Made by a program: the position numbers and the translations under genes. The notes below the pieces were generated by a model. The model did no database searches. It saw only the letters and a program-made list of their open reading frames with translations, and had not been told where the DNA came from. Below are positions 9,390-19,286 of a DNA stretch of 64,000 nt, in pieces; the first letter of the stretch is position 1; each line of letters starts with the position of its first letter. Origin of the DNA: an uncultured bacterium (GTDB taxonomy: Bacteria; Krumholzibacteriota; Krumholzibacteriia; LZORAL124-64-63); assembly GCA_963732385.1 (NCBI GenBank), contig CAVSZB010000008.1:256001-320000 (forward strand). Direction: 5' to 3'.

Positions 9390-10742
9390 TCAGGGCAGGC
9401 GCAGGCGGTCGGCGGCGAGCGTGTCGCCAGGCGCGGCGCGCAGGGCGCGCCGCGCGTCGAAGAGGGCAGCGGCGAGCGCACGGCGGTGCGGTGGCGCGGG
9501 GACGAGGGCGGTCCGCCAGCCCGCCAACTCCTCCGGAGCCGGCTCGCGTTCCAGGATCTCCCGGTACAGCGCGCGCAGGAAGTCGCTGTCGGTGCCGCCG
9601 GCATTCCGGCGGAAGGCGGGCGATCCGAGCGCCACGATGCGGCCGCGCCACGGCTCGTCCGGCAGCACGAATCGCGTCGTGGGCGGCAGCGCCCGGCCTG
9701 GCGCGCGCGTCCGCAATTCTTCGCTGGTGAGGAACTGCCAGGCGATCCGCTCGCGCAGGCGCGTCGCGACCGCGTGCGACCAGGCGTCGGCCTCGGTATC
9801 TCCGGCGGGGCGGCCGACCGTGGCCGGGAAGAAGACGCGCACCAGCCCGGGCACATCGGTGGTGTCTGCGACGGCGTCGGCGGCGCCGAGCGCCGTGGTC
9901 AACCGGTGACGCACCGCGCGCGGGCCGGTGCGGGCGTGCTCGAAGCCGAGGGGCGGTCCGAACTGCACGAGGGCCGTCGCGGTGATCCCCATGGCGAGCG
10001 CGACGCCCGGCAGCGACGGCCCGCGGGCCCACACCCGCGCCCAGGCGAGCATCGCGACCAGGCAGGCCAGCATGAGCGGGCCGTTGGGCCAGTGGGCGAG
10101 CGCGAACAGCAGCGCGATCGCCACGGGCAGGGCGCGTTCGCCGCCGCCGGCGCGACGCAGGAGCGGCCAGGGCAGCACCAGCAGGACGAGCAGTTGCAGC
10201 AGCGACCAGACCGGGTAACCGACGAGCGAGAGAGCGACCGCGCCCGCTGCGGGCCGCCTCCCGCAGGCCAGGCCCCCCGCGATCGTGGCCGCCACCAGCA
10301 GCGTCGTCGGCGCGGCGAGGGCGCGCAGGGCCGGCAGGAAGCGGGCGCGCGAGCAGCCGAGCGGGTCGCCGTGGGCGCGCGCGCGGACGATCAGGAGCAC
10401 GATCAGGCCGACAAGGGCGGCGAAGACCGCCGTGTCCGCGCGCGACGGGCGGTCCGCCCCGGACCAGCCCCACATGCCGGCGAACAGGAGAGGCCACGCC
10501 AGCAGCGCGATGGTGGCGCGGTCCCGGAGCGGACGCTGCTCCCGAGGGCAGCGGTGGCGGGCGCGCGCGAACAGGGCTCCGGCCGTCAGCGCGAGCAGCG
10601 CGGGCGTCGCGGCCCAGAAGCACGCGGGCAGCGCGAACGGCTCCGTGAAAGGCAGCGCGTACGCGCGTGCGCCGGGTGGCAGGTTCAACGCAGTCACGCC
10701 GAGAATCACGGCGAGGTTCAGGAGCAGAAAGGCGGTCAGCAC
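9390..10742 (-). CDS. Membrane protein with degenerate CPBP/Abi-like segment and C-terminal DUF4214-like helical domain
   Basis: Multiple TM helices; LLFALAHWPN resembles the CPBP FxxxH motif; DSDFLRALYREILEREPAPEELAGW resembles DUF4214. Confidence 0.5.
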   Translation of the reverse strand: MLTAFLLLNLAVILGVTALNLPPGARAYALPFTEPFALPACFWAATPALLALTAGALFARARHRCPREQRPLRDRATIALLAWPLLFAGMWGWSGADRPSRADTAVFAALVGLIVLLIVRARAHGDPLGCSRARFLPALRALAAPTTLLVAATIAGGLACGRRPAAGAVALSLVGYPVWSLLQLLVLLVLPWPLLRRAGGGERALPVAIALLFALAHWPNGPLMLACLVAMLAWARVWARGPSLPGVALAMGITATALVQFGPPLGFEHARTGPRAVRHRLTTALGAADAVADTTDVPGLVRVFFPATVGRPAGDTEADAWSHAVATRLRERIAWQFLTSEELRTRAPGRALPPTTRFVLPDEPWRGRIVALGSPAFRRNAGGTDSDFLRALYREILEREPAPEELAGWRTALVPAPPHRRALAAALFDARRALRAAPGDTLAADRLRLP

Positions 10743-10849
10743 GCGAAGAACTCCCGGCTCGGTTCAGGGGTTCCACTTGAAGTCTCGTGTGCAGCCGGCG
10801 GCACACGAGAGGTCAAGCGTGCTGGAAGCGCGCGCGTTGTCTGTCGCGG

Positions 10850-12316
10850 TCAGCCGAAACGGCGCGCCAGCCACTCGCCGCGCCCCGCCTCGACCGAGCG
10901 CACGCCGGGCTTGACCACCGCCACGCCGCGGCGCCAGACCTGACGCACGTCGCCGCACCACTCGGCGCCGGTCCAGAGGCGCGCCAGCGGATCGCCGGGG
11001 CCGATCGGCAGGCGGGTGCCGGTGGCCGCGGGGTCGAACAGGACGATGTCGGCGTCGTGGCCGGGGGCGAGGCGTCCCTTGCGCCCCGCGAGACCGTTGA
11101 GCAGCGCCGGCTGTTCGCAGCAGACCGCCACCCAGCGGGCCGGCGTCAGGCCGCCCTTCTTCACGCCCAGGGTGTAGGTGACGATGAGCCGCTCCGCGAC
11201 ACCGCCGGTGCCGTTGGGCACCATCGGGAAGCCGTGCAGCCCCTCCTGCCGCTTGAGCGCCAGCGGAAATTCGCAATGGTCCGAGGAGATGAGATCGATG
11301 TCGCCGCTCGCCAGTCCCGCCTGCAGCGCCGCGCCGTCGGAGGGCGAGCGCAGCGGCGGGGAGAGGATCGCGCGCAGGGCGTCGTCGCGTCCGCCGCGGT
11401 AGAGCGAGGCGGATCGGAACAGGTGGTGGCTGCACGCCTCCGCGGCGAGCGCCCGCTCCGGGCGCGCCGGATCGAGCCGCGCGCGCGCGACCCGCTCCAC
11501 GGCATCCGCCACGGAGAGATGGACGAGCGTGAGCGGACAGCGGGTGCGCGCGGCGATCGCCAGCGCGAGGTCGACCGCCCGGCTCTCGGTGACCGGAGGA
11601 TGCGTGGCCGGGAACCACTCGGGTCCGGTGCGCCCGGTCTGGATGTGCTGCGCCTCGGCCTGGGCGATCGCCTCGCCGTCCTCGGCGTGGACGAGCAGAC
11701 GTCCGCCGGCATCGCGCACCGCCACCGCCACCTGTTCGAGTTCGGCGGGGGTCAGCATGAGGCGGCCCTTGTAGGCCAGGAACGCCTTGAACGTGGGGAA
11801 GCCGCGCGCGACCAGGCCGGGGAGCTCGGCGAGCCGCTCCGGTTTCGCGTCGGGGAGCGTCACGTGCAGGCCGTAGTCGCAGAGGCACTCCCCCTCGGCG
11901 GCGCGCAGCCAGCGGTCCACCGTGGCGTCGAGGGTCTCGCCCCGGTCGGGGTTGGCGAAGTCGATGATCGTGGTCGTCCCGCCGAGCAGCGCCCCGGTCG
12001 AGCTCTCGCGCCAGCCGAGGCTGCGCACGCCGGGCCGCACCGGCATTCCGAAGTGGACGTGCGCGTCGACGCCGCCGGGCAGCAACCACAGGCCGGTGGC
12101 ATCGACGGTTTCGGCGTCGCGGAAATCGGCCAGGTCGGGCGGGGGGGTGACGGCCGGACCGCCCGCAGTGTTCGCCCCCTTCGGCCGTGGCGCGGCCAGC
12201 GTCTCGCGTCCGAGCACGGCCGTGATCGTCGCGCCGTGCACGAGCAAGTCGGCGGGCTGCGGACCGGCGGCCGTCATCACGGTGCCGTTGCGGATCCAGA
12301 GGCGGGTGGTCGTCAT
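10850..12316 (-). CDS. hydA: Dihydropyrimidinase / D-hydantoinase (cyclic amidohydrolase)
   Basis: LLPGGVDAHVHF, GGTTTIIDF, TFKAFLAY (carboxylated Lys), VHAED, SPPLR, SSDHCEF, KGRLAPGHDADIVLFDP. Confidence 0.85.
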   Translation of the reverse strand: MTTTRLWIRNGTVMTAAGPQPADLLVHGATITAVLGRETLAAPRPKGANTAGGPAVTPPPDLADFRDAETVDATGLWLLPGGVDAHVHFGMPVRPGVRSLGWRESSTGALLGGTTTIIDFANPDRGETLDATVDRWLRAAEGECLCDYGLHVTLPDAKPERLAELPGLVARGFPTFKAFLAYKGRLMLTPAELEQVAVAVRDAGGRLLVHAEDGEAIAQAEAQHIQTGRTGPEWFPATHPPVTESRAVDLALAIAARTRCPLTLVHLSVADAVERVARARLDPARPERALAAEACSHHLFRSASLYRGGRDDALRAILSPPLRSPSDGAALQAGLASGDIDLISSDHCEFPLALKRQEGLHGFPMVPNGTGGVAERLIVTYTLGVKKGGLTPARWVAVCCEQPALLNGLAGRKGRLAPGHDADIVLFDPAATGTRLPIGPGDPLARLWTGAEWCGDVRQVWRRGVAVVKPGVRSVEAGRGEWLARRFG

Positions 12317-12519
12317 GCGGTCAGCCTAACCCGGGCGGCGCGGCGTGACAAGCGCTCGCCCGGCGGTCGTCCCGCCAGCCGCGCGATTTTCCTCCGACCG
12401 TCGGCCTACTGGACCGGCCCGCCGGACGCCTATATACTGCCGCCTTGCCTGGAGGGGGTCCGTCCTCCGGATCTGTTCGGCTGTGCGGCTCCGACGGGGG
12501 GCTGCGGCGAGGAGCGTGC

Positions 12520-14127
12520 ATGAAGCGGATTCCGACGAAGGTGAACCCGCAGGACGACGGATTCCGCCGTCACGCGGCCGAAAACCGGCGCCGGGCGACG
12601 GAACTGGCCGAACTCCTGGCGCGCGTGCGGGAGGGGGGCCCCGAGAAGTCGCGCGAGCGGCACCGCGAATTGGGCAAGCTGCTGCCGCGCGACCGGATCG
12701 AGGCGCTGCTCGACCCCGGCACGCCGTTCCTGGAGCTATCGCCGCTGGCCGCGCACGCCGTGTACGACGAGGCCGTGCCAGCGGCCGGGCTGATCACCGG
12801 GATCGGCAGCGTGCACGGCCGCCCCGTGATGGTCGTGGCCAATGACGCCACGGTGAAGGGGGGCACCTACTATCCGCTCACCGTGAAGAAGCATCTGCGG
12901 GCGCAGGAGATCGCGTTCGAGAACCGGCTGCCGTGCGTGTATCTCGTCGATTCCGGCGGCGCCTACCTGCCGTTGCAGGCGGAGGTGTTCCCCGATCGCG
13001 ACCACTTCGGGCGGATCTTCTACAACCAGGCGCGCATGTCGGCGGCCGGGATCGCCCAGATCGCCGCCGTGCTCGGCTCCTGCACCGCGGGCGGCGCGTA
13101 CGTGCCGGCGATGAGCGACGAAGTCGTGATGGTGAAGGAGCAGTCGACGATTTTCCTGGGCGGTCCGCCGCTCGTGAAGGCGGCCACCGGCGAGGAGGTC
13201 ACGGCCGAGGAGCTTGGCGGGGCGGATGTCCACACGCGCATCTCCGGCGTGGCGGACCACCTCGCCAACGATGACGCGCACGCGCTGCGCATCGTGCGCG
13301 ATGTCGTGGAGAACCTCGGGCCGGTGGAGATTGCCGCCGTCCCGACCTCGCCGCCCGAGGACCCGCACTACGACCCCGAGGAGCTCTACGGCCTCGTCCC
13401 GCCCGACCCGCGCCTGCAGTTCGATCTGCGCGAAGTGATCGCGCGGCTCGTCGACGGCAGTCGCATGCACGAGTTCAAGCCGCGTTATGGCGCCACGCTG
13501 GTGTGCGGTTTCGCACGGATCCACGGCTACGCGGTCGGCATTCTGGCGAACAACGGCATTCTGTTCAGCGAGTCGGCGCTCAAGGGGGCGCACTTCATCG
13601 AACTGTGCAACGCCCGGCGCATTCCGCTGCTGTTCCTGCAGAATATCACCGGCTTCATGGTGGGCAAGGCGTACGAGCATGGCGGCATCGCCAAGGACGG
13701 CGCCAAGCTGGTCAACGCGGTCAGCAACAGCACGGTGCCGAAGTTCACCGTGATCTGCGGCGGCAGCTATGGCGCCGGCAACTACGGCATGTGCGGGCGC
13801 GCCTTCCAGCCGCGACTGCTGTTCATGTGGCCGCAGGCCAAGATTTCGGTGATGGGCGGCGAGCAGGCCGCCAACGTGCTGCTCACGGTGAAGAAGGACC
13901 AGGTCGCGCGCGCCGACGGCGCGCTGACGCCCGCCGAGGAGCGCGCCATCCTCGACCCGATCCTGCGGAAGTACGAGGCCGAGGGACACGCCTACTACAG
14001 CAGCGCGCGCCTCTGGGACGACGGCGTGATCGACCTGTTGCAGACCCGCGACGCGCTCGGCCTGGGCCTCGCCATGTCGCTGCACGCGCCGATCCCGCCG
14101 GCGAAGTACGGCGTCTACCGGATGTAG
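12520..14127 (+). CDS. liuB: Methylcrotonoyl-CoA carboxylase carboxyltransferase (beta) subunit
   Basis: [63 protein letters not shown] 12520 after GAGGAG. Confidence 0.93.
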   Translation: MKRIPTKVNPQDDGFRRHAAENRRRATELAELLARVREGGPEKSRERHRELGKLLPRDRIEALLDPGTPFLELSPLAAHAVYDEAVPAAGLITGIGSVHGRPVMVVANDATVKGGTYYPLTVKKHLRAQEIAFENRLPCVYLVDSGGAYLPLQAEVFPDRDHFGRIFYNQARMSAAGIAQIAAVLGSCTAGGAYVPAMSDEVVMVKEQSTIFLGGPPLVKAATGEEVTAEELGGADVHTRISGVADHLANDDAHALRIVRDVVENLGPVEIAAVPTSPPEDPHYDPEELYGLVPPDPRLQFDLREVIARLVDGSRMHEFKPRYGATLVCGFARIHGYAVGILANNGILFSESALKGAHFIELCNARRIPLLFLQNITGFMVGKAYEHGGIAKDGAKLVNAVSNSTVPKFTVICGGSYGAGNYGMCGRAFQPRLLFMWPQAKISVMGGEQAANVLLTVKKDQVARADGALTPAEERAILDPILRKYEAEGHAYYSSARLWDDGVIDLLQTRDALGLGLAMSLHAPIPPAKYGVYRM

Positions 14128-14145
14128 CGGCGGTAAGGAGAAGAG

Positions 14146-15024
14146 ATGTCCGTTCGCACTGAGATGAAGGGTCCGGTCCTCGTCGTCACGCTCGACCGGT
14201 CGCGGAACCACAACGCGCTCGACGCGGCCACCGCGGGGGTTCTCAAGGAGTTGTTCGAACGGATTGCGTTCCTGCCGCCGGTGCCGCCCGATCCCCGCAC
14301 GGCGACGGGACCGTGCCGGCCGCGGGCGATCGTGCTGCGCTCGGAGGGGCCGACGTTCTGCGCCGGGGCCGACCTGAACGAGATGCAGGCGCTCGGCGCG
14401 GCTGATTTCGCGGAGAACCTCGAGGCGGCGCGCACGCTCGGCCTGATGTTCCGCGCGGTGCGATTGTGCCCGGTGCCGGTGGTGGCGCGGGTGCAGGGAG
14501 CGGCCTATGGCGGCGGCGTAGGGCTGCTGGCGGCCTGCGACGTGGTCGTGGCCGAAGCGGAGGCGCGGTTCGCGTTCACCGAGGCGAGGCTCGGCCTGGT
14601 GGCCGGGGTGATCGCGCCGCTGGTGCTGGCGCGGATCGGCGAGGCGGCGGCCCGGCACTACTTCCTGACCGGTGACCCCATCCACATGCCGACCGCTCTG
14701 CGTCTGGGGCTGGTTGATCGGGTGGTCGATGCCGCGGACCTGGACGAGGCGGTGGCGCGTGTCGTGCGCTCGCTGCTGGCGGGCGGGCCGACGGCGCACG
14801 CGCGCATCAAGCAGCTGCTCGAAGGGCTCGGCTCGCTCGGTTTCGAGGGGAGCCTCGATTTCACGGCACGGGCGCTGGCCGAGGCGCGCACCGGGCCGGA
14901 GGGGCAGGCGGCTCTGGCCGCTTTCCGGCGGCGGGAACCGGTCCCCTGGGCGGGCGATACCACCTGGCCTGAGCCGTCGGTTCCGGCGACCCCGATCACC
15001 CCGGCGCGGACGGAGGGCCCATGA
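14146..15024 (+). CDS. liuC: Enoyl-CoA hydratase, probably methylglutaconyl-CoA hydratase
   Basis: Crotonase motifs FCAGADL, AYGGGVGL and FAFTEARLGL; lies between the carboxylase subunits. Confidence 0.75.
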   Translation: MSVRTEMKGPVLVVTLDRSRNHNALDAATAGVLKELFERIAFLPPVPPDPRTATGPCRPRAIVLRSEGPTFCAGADLNEMQALGAADFAENLEAARTLGLMFRAVRLCPVPVVARVQGAAYGGGVGLLAACDVVVAEAEARFAFTEARLGLVAGVIAPLVLARIGEAAARHYFLTGDPIHMPTALRLGLVDRVVDAADLDEAVARVVRSLLAGGPTAHARIKQLLEGLGSLGFEGSLDFTARALAEARTGPEGQAALAAFRRREPVPWAGDTTWPEPSVPATPITPARTEGP

Positions 15025-16580
15025 CGCCCCCCTTCCCCAAGGTGCTGGTGGCCAACCGCGGGGAAATCGCGGTGCGCGTGCTGCGCGCCTGCCGCGAGCT
15101 GGGCGTGGCCACGGTGGCGGTCGCCTCCGAGGCCGACCGCCACGCGGCCCACGCCCGGCTCGCCGATGAAACGGTCATCATCGGTCCGGCGCCGCCGCTC
15201 GAATCGTACCTGCGCACGGAGGCGATCCTCGACGCGGCTCGGCGCACAGGGGCCGCGGCGATCCACCCCGGCTACGGGTTCCTGGCCGAGAGCGCCCCGT
15301 TCGCGGCCGCCGTTCGCGACGCCGGCCTCGTCTTCATCGGACCCGACCCGGAAACGATCGCCGCGATGGGCGAGAAGACCGCGGCGCGCCGCGCCATGGC
15401 GGCCGCCGGCGTGCCGGTGGTGCCGGGGGCCGAGTTGCCGGCGCCGGGCAACGACGGCGAGCCGGATCGGGCGGCCGTGGCGGCGGCGGGGGCGCGCGTC
15501 GGTTTTCCGCTGCTCGTCAAGGCGGCGTACGGGGGGGGCGGCAAGGGGATGCGGCTCGTGCGCGAGGCGTCCGAACTGCCGGCCGCGGCCGCCGCGGCGT
15601 CGCGCGAGGCGCGCAAGGCGTTCGGCGACGGCGCTGTCTACCTCGAGCGGTATCTCGAGCAACCACGGCACGTGGAGTTCCAGATCTTCGGCGACCGGCA
15701 GGGCCACGTCGTGCAGCTCGGCGAGCGGGAGTGCTCGATCCAGCGGCGGCACCAGAAGATCATCGAAGAGACCCCGTCGCCGGCGCTGACCCCCGAACTG
15801 CGCGCCCGCATGGGGGCGGCCGCGGTGGCGGCGGCGCGCGCGGCTCGCTACGTCAACGCCGGCACGGTGGAGTTCCTGGTCGACGCCGCCGGCGACTTCC
15901 ACTTCCTGGAGATGAACACCCGTCTGCAGGTCGAGCACCCGGTCACCGAGTGGGTGACCGGTTTCGATCTCGTGCGCGCGCAATTGCTGGTGGCGGCCGG
16001 CGCGCCGCTGCCGTGGCGGCAGGAGGAGATCGTCCCGCGCGGGCACGCCATCGAATGCCGCCTCTACGCCGAGGATCCGGCGCACGGATTCCGGCCGTCG
16101 CTTGGCCGGATCCTCCTGCTCGACGAGCCGGCTGGGCCCGGCGTGCGGGTGGACAGCGGCGTGGCGACCGGCGACGAGGTCACGATGCACTACGATCCGC
16201 TGCTGGCGAAGCTGTCGGTACACGGGCCGGACCGCCCCGCCGCGATCGCGCGCGCTCTCACCGCGCTGCGCGAATTCTCCGTGCTCGGCATCGCCACCAA
16301 CGTCGCCTACCTGCAGGCGATTATCGACCATCCGGAATTCCGCGCCGGACGCACGCATACCGGTTTTCTCGACGCGCACCTGGCGGATTGGACGCCCGAC
16401 GGCGGAACCGACGAGCGCGATGCGCTGGTGGCGGCTGCCGTGCACGCCTGTCTCGCGACGTCTCGCGACGGAGCCGCGACCGCGGCCGGCGCGCCTGCCG
16501 GCGCCGGATCGGCGGCGGCGGTCGCGGCGGCATCGCCCTGGGCGAGGCTGGGCCGGTTCCGCCTGCGCGGTCTCTCCTGA
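15021..16580 (+). CDS. Biotin carboxylase subunit of the acyl-CoA carboxylase
   Basis: VLVANRGEIAVR, IHPGYGFLAE, GGGGKGMR, ERECSIQRRHQK, FLEMNTRLQVEHPVTE; no biotinyl domain. Confidence 0.93.
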   Translation: MTPPFPKVLVANRGEIAVRVLRACRELGVATVAVASEADRHAAHARLADETVIIGPAPPLESYLRTEAILDAARRTGAAAIHPGYGFLAESAPFAAAVRDAGLVFIGPDPETIAAMGEKTAARRAMAAAGVPVVPGAELPAPGNDGEPDRAAVAAAGARVGFPLLVKAAYGGGGKGMRLVREASELPAAAAAASREARKAFGDGAVYLERYLEQPRHVEFQIFGDRQGHVVQLGERECSIQRRHQKIIEETPSPALTPELRARMGAAAVAAARAARYVNAGTVEFLVDAAGDFHFLEMNTRLQVEHPVTEWVTGFDLVRAQLLVAAGAPLPWRQEEIVPRGHAIECRLYAEDPAHGFRPSLGRILLLDEPAGPGVRVDSGVATGDEVTMHYDPLLAKLSVHGPDRPAAIARALTALREFSVLGIATNVAYLQAIIDHPEFRAGRTHTGFLDAHLADWTPDGGTDERDALVAAAVHACLATSRDGAATAAGAPAGAGSAAAVAAASPWARLGRFRLRGLS

Positions 16581-16599
16581 ACGGGGAAAGGGAGCCGTC

Positions 16600-17094
16600 A
16601 TGCTGTTGCAGTTCCACACCGGAGGTCGTCTCGCCACGCTCGAGGTCGTAGTGGGCGACGGCGGAAACTGCCGCGTGCTGCTCGATGGCGAGGCGGTGGT
16701 GGCCGAACTGATCGAAGACGGTCCGGGGCGTTGCGACCTGCGTCTCGATGGCCGGCGTGTGCGAACCAGGGTCGTGGCGGCGGGGCCGGACGTCCACGTG
16801 AGCATCGACGGCCGCGCGCGCGTCCTCCGGCGTCACACCGGCGACGAGGAGGCGGACGAGGCGGTCGTGGCGGGCGGGCCGCACGTGACGGCGCCGTTGC
16901 CGGGCAAGGTCGTGCGGGTGCTGGTCGCGGCGGGCCGGATCGTACGCGTCGGCGAGACGCTGCTCACGCTCGAGGCGATGAAGATGGAGACCGAAGTGGC
17001 GGCGCCGCTGGCCGGCACGGTGCGGGTGGTGCACGTGGCGGCGGGCGGCACCGTGGCCCTGGGCGATCCGCTCGTCGATCTCGACCCCGCCTGA
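16600..17094 (+). CDS. Biotin carboxyl carrier protein (BT-like domain plus biotinyl domain)
   Basis: APLPGKV...LEAMKME biotinylation motif; ATG 16600 after GGGAG. Confidence 0.88.
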   Translation: MLLQFHTGGRLATLEVVVGDGGNCRVLLDGEAVVAELIEDGPGRCDLRLDGRRVRTRVVAAGPDVHVSIDGRARVLRRHTGDEEADEAVVAGGPHVTAPLPGKVVRVLVAAGRIVRVGETLLTLEAMKMETEVAAPLAGTVRVVHVAAGGTVALGDPLVDLDPA

Positions 17095-17112
17095 GTCGGC
17101 GGAGCGCGCCGG

Positions 17113-18156
17113 TCAGCCGCGCCAGTTCGCCCGGTAGATCTGTGTCTCCCTGGACTGGCCGGTCCCGCGGGCCGAAGTCCAGAGCAGCAGACGGCCGTCA
17201 CGCGAGAAGGCGGGGAAGCCGTCGAAGCCGGGTGAGAAGGTCACCCGCTCCAGCCCCGTGCCGTCCGGCCGGATCATGTACAGCTCCATGTCGTGACCTT
17301 CGGCGTTGCTCGCGAACAGGATCAGCTGCTGCGACGGGTGCCAGACCGGGGCGAAGCTCGTGGCCTCGAAGGCGGTCAGCCGGCGCAGGTTGCCCCCGGT
17401 GAGATCCGCGGTATAGATTTCCAGCGATCGCGTCTCGCCGGGCGGCGTGGCGTGGAAGACGAGGCGGCTGCCGTCGGGGGAGGCCTGCGGCCCGCCGACG
17501 TAGCCGTCCATCACCAGCAGTTCGCGAGCGTCCCGACCGTCGGCCTCCATCATGACCAGCGCACCGCGGCCCGCGCGTTGCGAGGCGCAGAAGATCCGGG
17601 AGCCGCCCCAGGAGTACGATCCTTCCGCGTCGTAGCCGGGTGTGGTGGTCAGGGCGCGGGGCGCGAGGCCGTCGGGGCCGGCGAGCCAGAGGTCGAGCGA
17701 GGCATCGAAGAGCCACAGCCCGGCGGGATCGTCGCCGGCGGGATCGCCGGCCGCGGCGCCGGTGGCGGCGGCGTAGAGGATGCCGCCGCTGCCGGGGGTG
17801 AAAACCGGGTCGTGGCGTCGGCCTGGGCCGGTGTCGATCGGGACCGGAGAACTGCCGTCGGCGTTCATGACGCGGATGCCGAACTGTTCGTCCGGCGCGG
17901 GTCGACAGAGCCAGACGATCCTGGTGTCATTGTCGTTGAAGCTGGCCTGCCGGTTCAGTCCGGCCCCGGTGAGCCGGCGGACGTCATCGAGATGATGTTC
18001 GGCCGCCGTCGTCGCCGCCGTCTTTTCATCCGGAGGCGCCCGGTGGCGCCGATCGATCTTGATCTCGTCGCAGCCGGTCGCCAGCAGCGCGCACAGGCCG
18101 ACGAGCAGGCTCGTGACGACGGTCGAGGGACAGGGAGCGAAGTGAGCGCGGCGCAT
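17113..18156 (-). CDS. TolB-like PD40 beta-propeller lipoprotein
   Basis: ATG 18156 after GGAGGTG; lipobox ATG-C; repeats such as GYDAEGSYSWGG, GGPQASPDG, FAPVWHPS and FDGFPAFSRDG. Confidence 0.8.
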   Translation of the reverse strand: MRRAHFAPCPSTVVTSLLVGLCALLATGCDEIKIDRRHRAPPDEKTAATTAAEHHLDDVRRLTGAGLNRQASFNDNDTRIVWLCRPAPDEQFGIRVMNADGSSPVPIDTGPGRRHDPVFTPGSGGILYAAATGAAAGDPAGDDPAGLWLFDASLDLWLAGPDGLAPRALTTTPGYDAEGSYSWGGSRIFCASQRAGRGALVMMEADGRDARELLVMDGYVGGPQASPDGSRLVFHATPPGETRSLEIYTADLTGGNLRRLTAFEATSFAPVWHPSQQLILFASNAEGHDMELYMIRPDGTGLERVTFSPGFDGFPAFSRDGRLLLWTSARGTGQSRETQIYRANWRG

Positions 18157-18285
18157 GACACCTCCGGGCGGGCGGACCGGACCGGCCCCCGACCGGACCG
18201 CGCGCGCCGGCATCGTAGCAGGCCCCTTGCGGGGTCGCAACCGCGGCGCGCGGCGTCCTGGATGAGGGCGGACGAAGGAGGAGTC

Positions 18286-19236
18286 TTGACGGACCGGGCG
18301 TTTCAGGACGGCGATACGGCGCGCACCCCCACTCCGACCCCCTGGTTCGACGGGGGGCCGCGTTCCGGGCTGGTGCTCGGGGGGGGCGGCGCCCGCGGGC
18401 TGGCCAGCATCGGCATCGTCGAGGTGCTCGAGGCGGAGGGGCTGCGGCCGGTGGCCATTGCCGGGACCTCGATGGGGGCGCTGATCGGCGCCTTTCTCGC
18501 CTCGGGGCTCAGCGCGGCCGATTGTCACGACATCACGCGCTCGCTGCGCTGGACCGACGTCCTCGACCTGGGACGTCCTGGCGGCCTCATCAAGGGGGAT
18601 CGCTACGGACGCTGGCTGGCCGAACGGCTGCCGGCACGCTTCGCCGATCTGAAGCTGCCGCTGGCCGTGACCGCCACCGACATCGATCGGGGCGAGACCG
18701 TCGTGTTGCGCGAGGGCGACCTGATCGGCGCGATTCGCGCGAGCACGGCGTTTCCCGGCGCTTTTTCCCCGGTGGCGTACGCGGGGCGGCTCCTGGTCGA
18801 CGGTGGTGTTCTGAACACCCTGCCGCTCGATGTGATCCGCACCTACGACATCGCCAGGGTCGTGGCCGCCGACTTTGCCGCCCCGCGGGCGCGCCCTCTC
18901 GACGATGGCGAAACCGGGGCGGGCTGGCATCGTCTGTGGGAGAGCCTCACCTTCCGCCGGCGCGGTCTGGCCGCCGACGTCCTGCTCAAGGCGGTGGACA
19001 TCATGCAGGCGGAGATCTCCGCGGAGCGGCTGCGCCGCCATCCGCCCGACGTATGGATCGCGCCGGTGATGGATCACATCCGCATCGAGGACTTTCGCCG
19101 GCACGAGGAGATCATCGCCGCCGGGACGGCCGAGGCGCGCCGCGTCCTGGAACGCCTGCGCCTGCAGGGCCCCGTTCCGCTCCCGGCGACCGGGACTCAA
19201 GCCGCCGCTTTTCCCGCCGAAAATGCCGGGGAGTAG
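18286..19236 (+). CDS. Patatin-like phospholipase
   Basis: LVLGGGGARG, GTSMG (catalytic Ser) and LVDGG (catalytic Asp); TTG 18286 after AAGGAGGAG. Confidence 0.9.
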   Translation: MTDRAFQDGDTARTPTPTPWFDGGPRSGLVLGGGGARGLASIGIVEVLEAEGLRPVAIAGTSMGALIGAFLASGLSAADCHDITRSLRWTDVLDLGRPGGLIKGDRYGRWLAERLPARFADLKLPLAVTATDIDRGETVVLREGDLIGAIRASTAFPGAFSPVAYAGRLLVDGGVLNTLPLDVIRTYDIARVVAADFAAPRARPLDDGETGAGWHRLWESLTFRRRGLAADVLLKAVDIMQAEISAERLRRHPPDVWIAPVMDHIRIEDFRRHEEIIAAGTAEARRVLERLRLQGPVPLPATGTQAAAFPAENAGE

Positions 19237-19286
19237 GGTTCCGCTCCGGGAACCGCGCGGCGCAGTCCTGTCCGGGCAGTGGAGAC

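Noticed and set aside
7464..10943. 1159-aa plus-strand ORF
   Set aside because: Low-complexity Ala/Arg/Gly off-frame translation overlapping two better-supported genes.
15531..15538. Poly-G tracts (also about 1061-1067 and 62107-62115) as phase-variation sites
   Set aside because: They encode Gly-Gly runs in frame inside ordinary metabolic enzymes (e.g. GGGGKG of biotin carboxylase).
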